Shown piece after piece: positions 5,716 through 10,226 of a stretch of DNA of 10,226 nucleotides (position 1 is the first letter of the stretch; every line of letters begins with the position of its first letter). The DNA comes from Abditibacteriaceae bacterium. GTDB lineage: Bacteria > Armatimonadota > Abditibacteriia > Abditibacteriales > Abditibacteriaceae. A program made the position numbers and the translations under genes. The notes beneath the pieces were generated by a model. That model was not told where the DNA came from and searched no databases. It saw nothing but the letters and a program-made list of their open reading frames with translations. The stretch lies in NCBI GenBank assembly GCA_031425655.1, contig JANPJS010000209.1, positions 1 through 10,226 on the forward strand, read 5' to 3'.

Positions 5716-8700
5716 TTCACCGACTCCTTGCTGTCGGTTTCGCTTTCCGGTGTCGCGTGAAGGAACTTGTCCAAAGTTAGGAGAAACTGCGCTACATTGA
5801 GCGGTTTAGTCAGGTAATCTCTGGCGCCGGCGCCGAGCAGCCGTTCGACTTGATGCGGCGTGGCGTCGGCGCTGATGACAACAACCGGAATGTCTCTGGT
5901 CAGCGCCGATTGTTGCAGGCGGGCCAAAACTTCGCTGCCATGAATGTCCGGTAAATTCAAGTCGAGAAGGATGAGATCGGGTTCATGCTGGCGCGCTAAG
6001 TCCAGGCCCACACTCCCCTGCACAGCAGCTAACAATGTGATTTCCGGGCGTCCTCGCAAGATGGCCTCAATGAGCCGCAGATTGGAAGGGTTGTCCTCTA
6101 TGCAAAGCAGGGAATACGAGCCTTCGATTTCCTTGCTCGTGTCCCCAATCGCGCCTGCCGGCAAATCCGACAACTGTTCTTGCGGCGCAGTTGCCTGCGG
6201 TAATTCGATGGTGAAGGTCGTGCCCCGACCTAAAACGCTTTCTACGTTCAAAGTTCCGCCCATTGCCTTGACCAGTTGCTGCGACAAAGCCAGGCCCAAG
6301 CCGGTGCCTTCGACGTTGGAAGTCGAAGCGTTCAATCGCTCGAAGGGCGTGAAAAGTTTCGGTAAATCCTGGGGTGAGATGCCCGGCCCGGTGTCGTGAA
6401 CCGCGATAAAAGTCCATCCATCGGGCTTTTGTCCGCAAGCGATCTCGACCTGTCCGCTCTCGCGATTGTATTTGATGGCGTTGGAAAGAAGATTGATGAG
6501 CACCTGTTTGAGCCGCTGACGGTCGGCCAAAACGTGCTTATCGCTCAGCCCCGCCGTGTTTGCGCCCAGACGGATGTTGCGCTCTGTTGCAAGGGGCCGC
6601 ACCAGAGCGCAGGCTTCGGGCACAATGTCATCAAGGGCAATCGGTTCGAGAGAAAGCTCAGCGTGTCCGGCTTCGACGCGAGCGATGTCCAAAACCTCGT
6701 TGATGAGGTCGAGCAGGTGCCGTCCGCCTTTGAGAATGTAACCCACGCTTTCTTTGGAAAGCGGGTCAAGGTCTTCCCTATCCAAAATTTGACCAAAACC
6801 AAGAATCGCATTGAGCGGCGTGCGTAATTCGTGGCTCATGCGCGAGAGAAATTCGCTTTTGGCGAGGTTGGCGGTATCAGCCTCTTCTTTAGCAGCGCGG
6901 AGAGCGTCTTCCTGTTGCTTGCGAGCGGTCACGTCGCGCGCGATGCCAACGATGCCGATGACTTCGCCGCGCGGGTTACGATGTGGCCCTTTGGTGACGA
7001 GATGCGTCCGGGTCACGCCATCTTCGACGGTGGTTTCCTCGAAGGTCTGCGTAGCATCCGCCGCTAATACTCTGCGGTCGGCCTCCATGATTATTCTCGC
7101 CGTCTCAGGCGAAAACAAATCGGTATCCACCTTCCCCAGAATCTCCGCCACCGTCTTGCGACGCCGGCGGGCGCCGGCGGAGTTAATCATCAGGTAACGG
7201 CCTTGCAAATCTTTCACGAAGATGCAATCGGTGGTGCCTTCAGTGACAGCGTGCAGGAGGGCATAGCTTTCCTGCTGTGCTTCGACGGCTCGCTGGCGCT
7301 CAATAATTTCAGATTCCAATTCGGCGTTGGTATGCGATAATGCAGCGGTGCGCTCTGTCACGCGCAATTCCAACTCGTCGTGAGACCTTTGCAACGCTGC
7401 TTCCGCCCGCTTGCGATCACTGATGTCTCGCGCAATCACGGAGGCACCAATAATTTCGCCCGCGTCGTTCTTAAGCGGCGAGGCGGTGAGCGAAACATCC
7501 ACATCGCGGCCATCCTTGCAAATCCTCACCGTTTCGCAGTGCGCCACAGGTTCGCCCCGTGCGATTCTGCCGAGCAACTGTGCTTCTTCGTCAGGACGAT
7601 CTGGCGCGATCAGCATGAAAGCGGAGCGGCCAATCGCTTCTTGGGGCGAGTAGCCATAAAGGGCTTGGGCCCCGGCATTCCAAGTGGTGATGATGCCGTC
7701 CAGCGTCTTGCTGCTGATGGCGTCGTCGGAAGATTCCACAATGGATGCTAAACGTGCCATCGCTTCGGATGCTTTTTTCAAATCAGTGATGTCGCGCGAA
7801 ATCGAGACCAGTCTCACGGGCTGTCCCTGCTCGTTAAAGATCGGCGTGACGGCAACGTCCCACCATTTCAGCGTGCCTTTGAAAGTTGGGCACGCGCCCT
7901 GAAAGCGTCCATGGCCTCCGGCTTTAGCTGTGTCTATGGCGGCGCGAGCGAGGTCGAAGGCTTCGCCCTTCCAGAAATCGCTCCAGCATTGGCCTTCGAT
8001 CATCCCGAAATCGTCAACCTCCATCAGGCGCAGGCCGGGGCCGTTCATGGAGAGAATGTTTTCATCCATGTCGAGGAGCTTGATGCAGTCACTGCTGCTT
8101 TCGAGGATGCTGCGGTTCAACTCTCTACCGGCCCGCATCGCTTCGTCGGCTTGCTTGCGCTGCGTGATGTTCTCGTGCGCGACGGCGACTAATATTGGCC
8201 CCTCGCCTGCAAAGCGCGTCACGCACACATTGAACCAGCGTTCTTCGTTCGGGCTGTGACAGGGATATTCCAGACAAAACGCCTGCTGCCGGCCCGTCAT
8301 GACATCTCGAATGCCTTGAACAACTTCCGGCGCTTCCTCGGCCCAAAGGCCACTCGCTTTTCCACAAACCTCAAGATAGTTGGCTCCGACAGCGCAAGAA
8401 GCGGCAGTGCCTTCGTTTTCTTCGGAAAACTGCTGCCACGCCTTGTTGACGGCGACAATGGTTCCTTCTTCGTCCAAAACCGCAATGTGAGACGCGAGCG
8501 CATCAAGTGTTGATTGCAGGAAACGCTGCAATTCCTGCTTGGCCGCTTCGGCCTGCTTACGCTCGCTGATGTCGCGGATGTTGCACTGAATGACACGCCG
8601 GCTGCCGACTTTGTAGATGTTACTGATAAATTCAACATCTACCTGTTTGCCATCGCGGGTCAACAAAGATAAATCGTCGTAACGAATAAAGTCTTCCTGC

Positions 8701-9314
8701 TGCAAGGTCAGAAATGCGGCTTTATTGGCTGTTTTGTCACGGAATGGAGCGATTTCCCACAATCGCTTGCCGATGAAATCCGTGGTCGTATAACCCAACA
8801 ATTTTTGTAAATAAGGGTTGGCATCGGTGATTTGTCTGGTATCGGCGTCGAGTATGAAGATGCCGTCCTGAGCCGTTTCAAAGAGCCGCCGATAGCTAAT
8901 TTCGGAACTTATTAATGTCTGCTCGGTTCGCTTGCGCTCAATAGCATAACGAATGGTGCGCGCCAACACGCCGCCATTGATTTTGCCTTTGACTAAAAAG
9001 TCCTGCGCGCCATCCTGCACCGCTCGCATGGCGAGAGCGTCGTCGTCCAAACCCGACAAGATCAAAATTGGAAGTTCTGGATGTTCGCGCTGCATCCGGG
9101 CAAACGTGTCAAGCCCCTGACTGTCGGGCAAGCCGAGGTCTAAAAGCACCACGTCGAAACGATTGTCATGCAACTGTTGCAGGGCCTTATCGAGCCTTAT
9201 GGCATGAGTGAATACGAATTTCTCCGTGCGAACTTCTTCTAATGTCTCCGTGAGCAGAAGCACATCGGTAGGATTGTCTTCCACCAGCAAAATATGCAGC
9301 GATTGTTCATGCAT
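5712..9314 (-). CDS. Cytoplasmic hybrid sensor histidine kinase: REC - 5x PAS/PAC - HisKA - HATPase_c - REC
   Basis: N-terminal REC ([19 protein letters not shown]). Five PAS/PAC units end in [29 protein letters not shown] and RDVTARK, with a coiled coil ([13 protein letters not shown]) before the fifth. H-box [14 protein letters not shown] (H828), N-box [10 protein letters not shown]1 DTGPGI, F-box LFTPF, G2 GTGLGL. C-terminal REC (CIEDN, LLDLNLP, ISAD, YLTKP). No transmembrane segment seen. Shine-Dalgarno GGGAG at 9325-9321. Confidence 0.96.
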   Translation of the reverse strand: MHEQSLHILLVEDNPTDVLLLTETLEEVRTEKFVFTHAIRLDKALQQLHDNRFDVVLLDLGLPDSQGLDTFARMQREHPELPILILSGLDDDALAMRAVQDGAQDFLVKGKINGGVLARTIRYAIERKRTEQTLISSEISYRRLFETAQDGIFILDADTRQITDANPYLQKLLGYTTTDFIGKRLWEIAPFRDKTANKAAFLTLQQEDFIRYDDLSLLTRDGKQVDVEFISNIYKVGSRRVIQCNIRDISERKQAEAAKQELQRFLQSTLDALASHIAVLDEEGTIVAVNKAWQQFSEENEGTAASCAVGANYLEVCGKASGLWAEEAPEVVQGIRDVMTGRQQAFCLEYPCHSPNEERWFNVCVTRFAGEGPILVAVAHENITQRKQADEAMRAGRELNRSILESSSDCIKLLDMDENILSMNGPGLRLMEVDDFGMIEGQCWSDFWKGEAFDLARAAIDTAKAGGHGRFQGACPTFKGTLKWWDVAVTPIFNEQGQPVRLVSISRDITDLKKASEAMARLASIVESSDDAISSKTLDGIITTWNAGAQALYGYSPQEAIGRSAFMLIAPDRPDEEAQLLGRIARGEPVAHCETVRICKDGRDVDVSLTASPLKNDAGEIIGASVIARDISDRKRAEAALQRSHDELELRVTERTAALSHTNAELESEIIERQRAVEAQQESYALLHAVTEGTTDCIFVKDLQGRYLMINSAGARRRRKTVAEILGKVDTDLFSPETARIIMEADRRVLAADATQTFEETTVEDGVTRTHLVTKGPHRNPRGEVIGIVGIARDVTARKQQEDALRAAKEEADTANLAKSEFLSRMSHELRTPLNAILGFGQILDREDLDPLSKESVGYILKGGRHLLDLINEVLDIARVEAGHAELSLEPIALDDIVPEACALVRPLATERNIRLGANTAGLSDKHVLADRQRLKQVLINLLSNAIKYNRESGQVEIACGQKPDGWTFIAVHDTGPGISPQDLPKLFTPFERLNASTSNVEGTGLGLALSQQLVKAMGGTLNVESVLGRGTTFTIELPQATAPQEQLSDLPAGAIGDTSKEIEGSYSLLCIEDNPSNLRLIEAILRGRPEITLLAAVQGSVGLDLARQHEPDLILLDLNLPDIHGSEVLARLQQSALTRDIPVVVISADATPHQVERLLGAGARDYLTKPLNVAQFLLTLDKFLHATPESETDSKESVN

Positions 9315-9765
9315 TATTGTCTCCCACCGGCAGGGTGACTATTGTGAACCAAAACTGGTCTATCGCCCGCACCACGTTAGCAAACTGGTCAAAGTCCACC
9401 GGCTTGCTGATATAACAGTTCGCGTGCAGGCCGTATGCTTTGATCACGTCCTCCTGAGTTTGTGAGGTAGTCAGGACGACGACCGGAATATATTTCAGGT
9501 CGTCATCGGTTTTGACCTCGGTCAGCACTTCCCGCCCATCTTTGCGCGGCATATTCAAGTCCAGCAAAATCAGGTCGGGACGCGGCACATCCGCATATTT
9601 GCCCTCTTTACGCAAGAAGGCCATCGCCTCGACGCCATCCTTGGTAACGTGCAGATTGTTGCGCATCTTGGCGTGTTCCAGTGCCTCCTCGGTCAGCATC
9701 ACGTCGGTTGCGCTATCCTCGACCAACAATATCTCAATCGGTCTGCCGGTTGTTACTGAGTTCAT
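9307..9765 (-). CDS. Single-domain response regulator, Rcp1-type
   Basis: [47 protein letters not shown] and the C-terminal FWFTIVTLP are typical of the Rcp1-like receivers paired with Cph1-type kinases. Shine-Dalgarno AAGGA at 9776-9772. ATGA overlap with the upstream kinase stop. Confidence 0.95.
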   Translation of the reverse strand: MNSVTTGRPIEILLVEDSATDVMLTEEALEHAKMRNNLHVTKDGVEAMAFLRKEGKYADVPRPDLILLDLNMPRKDGREVLTEVKTDDDLKYIPVVVLTTSQTQEDVIKAYGLHANCYISKPVDFDQFANVVRAIDQFWFTIVTLPVGDNNA

Positions 9766-10226
9766 AAATATTCCTTTTCGTCGGGCGACGGATCAACGAT
9801 GGTGAAATGAAACGTCGTCCCTTTACCCGCTTCCGACTCCAACCAGATACGGCCACCGTGACGTTCCACAATTTTCTTGCAAACCGCCAGACCAATGCCG
9901 GTGCCGGGATACTCATCGCGCGTGTGCAATCGCTGAAAAACGACAAAAATGCGCTCGAAATACTGTGGCTCGATGCCAAGCCCGTTATCCTGCACCGAGA
10001 ACAACCACGTATTCTGATCGCGACGGGCGCTGATGTGGATTTGCAGCGGGCGTTCACTGCGAAACTTGATGGCGTTGCTCAGCAGATTCTGCAAAAGCTG
10101 CCGCAGCTGGGAAGCATCGGCCATTACGGTGGGCAAAGCATCGTGCGTGATGGTCGCACCGCTTTCGGCGATCGCCACTTCCAAGTTGGCCGAGACATCT
10201 TCCAAAACCGTCGCAAAATCGGTGGG
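9762..10226 (-). CDS. Sensor histidine kinase, C-terminal HATPase_c domain (Cph1/bacteriophytochrome-type kinase module); 5'-truncated by the window edge
   Basis: The frame is open to the window edge ([11 protein letters not shown]...). Motifs: [78 protein letters not shown]. The sensory domains and H-box lie outside the window. Confidence 0.95.
   Translation of the reverse strand, partial: PTDFATVLEDVSANLEVAIAESGATITHDALPTVMADASQLRQLLQNLLSNAIKFRSERPLQIHISARRDQNTWLFSVQDNGLGIEPQYFERIFVVFQRLHTRDEYPGTGIGLAVCKKIVERHGGRIWLESEAGKGTTFHFTIVDPSPDEKEYL

Noticed and set aside
5381..5828. 19/20-nt direct repeat at 5381-5400 and 5809-5828
   Set aside because: Both copies encode the conserved receiver motif GARD(F/Y)LT in adjacent REC domains, so protein-level constraint explains it.
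5712..9314. LOV blue-light sensor among the PAS domains
   Set aside because: No GxNCRFLQ motif in any of the five PAS units.
334..10057. Numerous 60-210 aa alternative-frame and antisense ORFs in the ORF track
   Set aside because: Nearly all lie within or largely overlap well-supported genes and lack recognisable motifs; such shadow ORFs are expected in moderately GC-rich coding DNA.
9762..10226. Calling the truncated kinase a phytochrome (cph1/bphP)
   Set aside because: Only the ATPase domain is visible. This kinase subtype often carries PAS, CHASE or GAF inputs without a bilin-binding module.

Overview
Bacterial genomic window with two convergent blocks. On the + strand: a beta-lactamase-family serine hydrolase (94-1242); a ~350 bp gap that looks like decayed gene fragments and ends in a palindromic operator-like site; and a secreted 937-aa GH50-type (beta-agarase family) glycoside hydrolase with an unrecognised N-terminal domain and a C-terminal CBM9-like domain (1599-4412), followed by a strong intrinsic terminator. 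On the - strand: a translationally coupled four-gene signalling operon, consisting of a Cph1-type histidine kinase cut by the window edge, an Rcp1-type stand-alone receiver, a REC-5xPAS-HisKA-HATPase-REC hybrid kinase and a REC-HD-GYP phosphodiesterase. The most striking non-coding structure lies between the convergent 3' ends: a perfect 27-bp inverted pair of GTAG-type REP sequences (REPIN-like), nested within a further 10-bp inverted repeat that may delimit a ~143-bp MITE-like or structured element. I found no CRISPR array, RNA gene or transposase, and I cannot support a claim of a wholly new system. Family assignments come from motif recognition by eye, not database searches.
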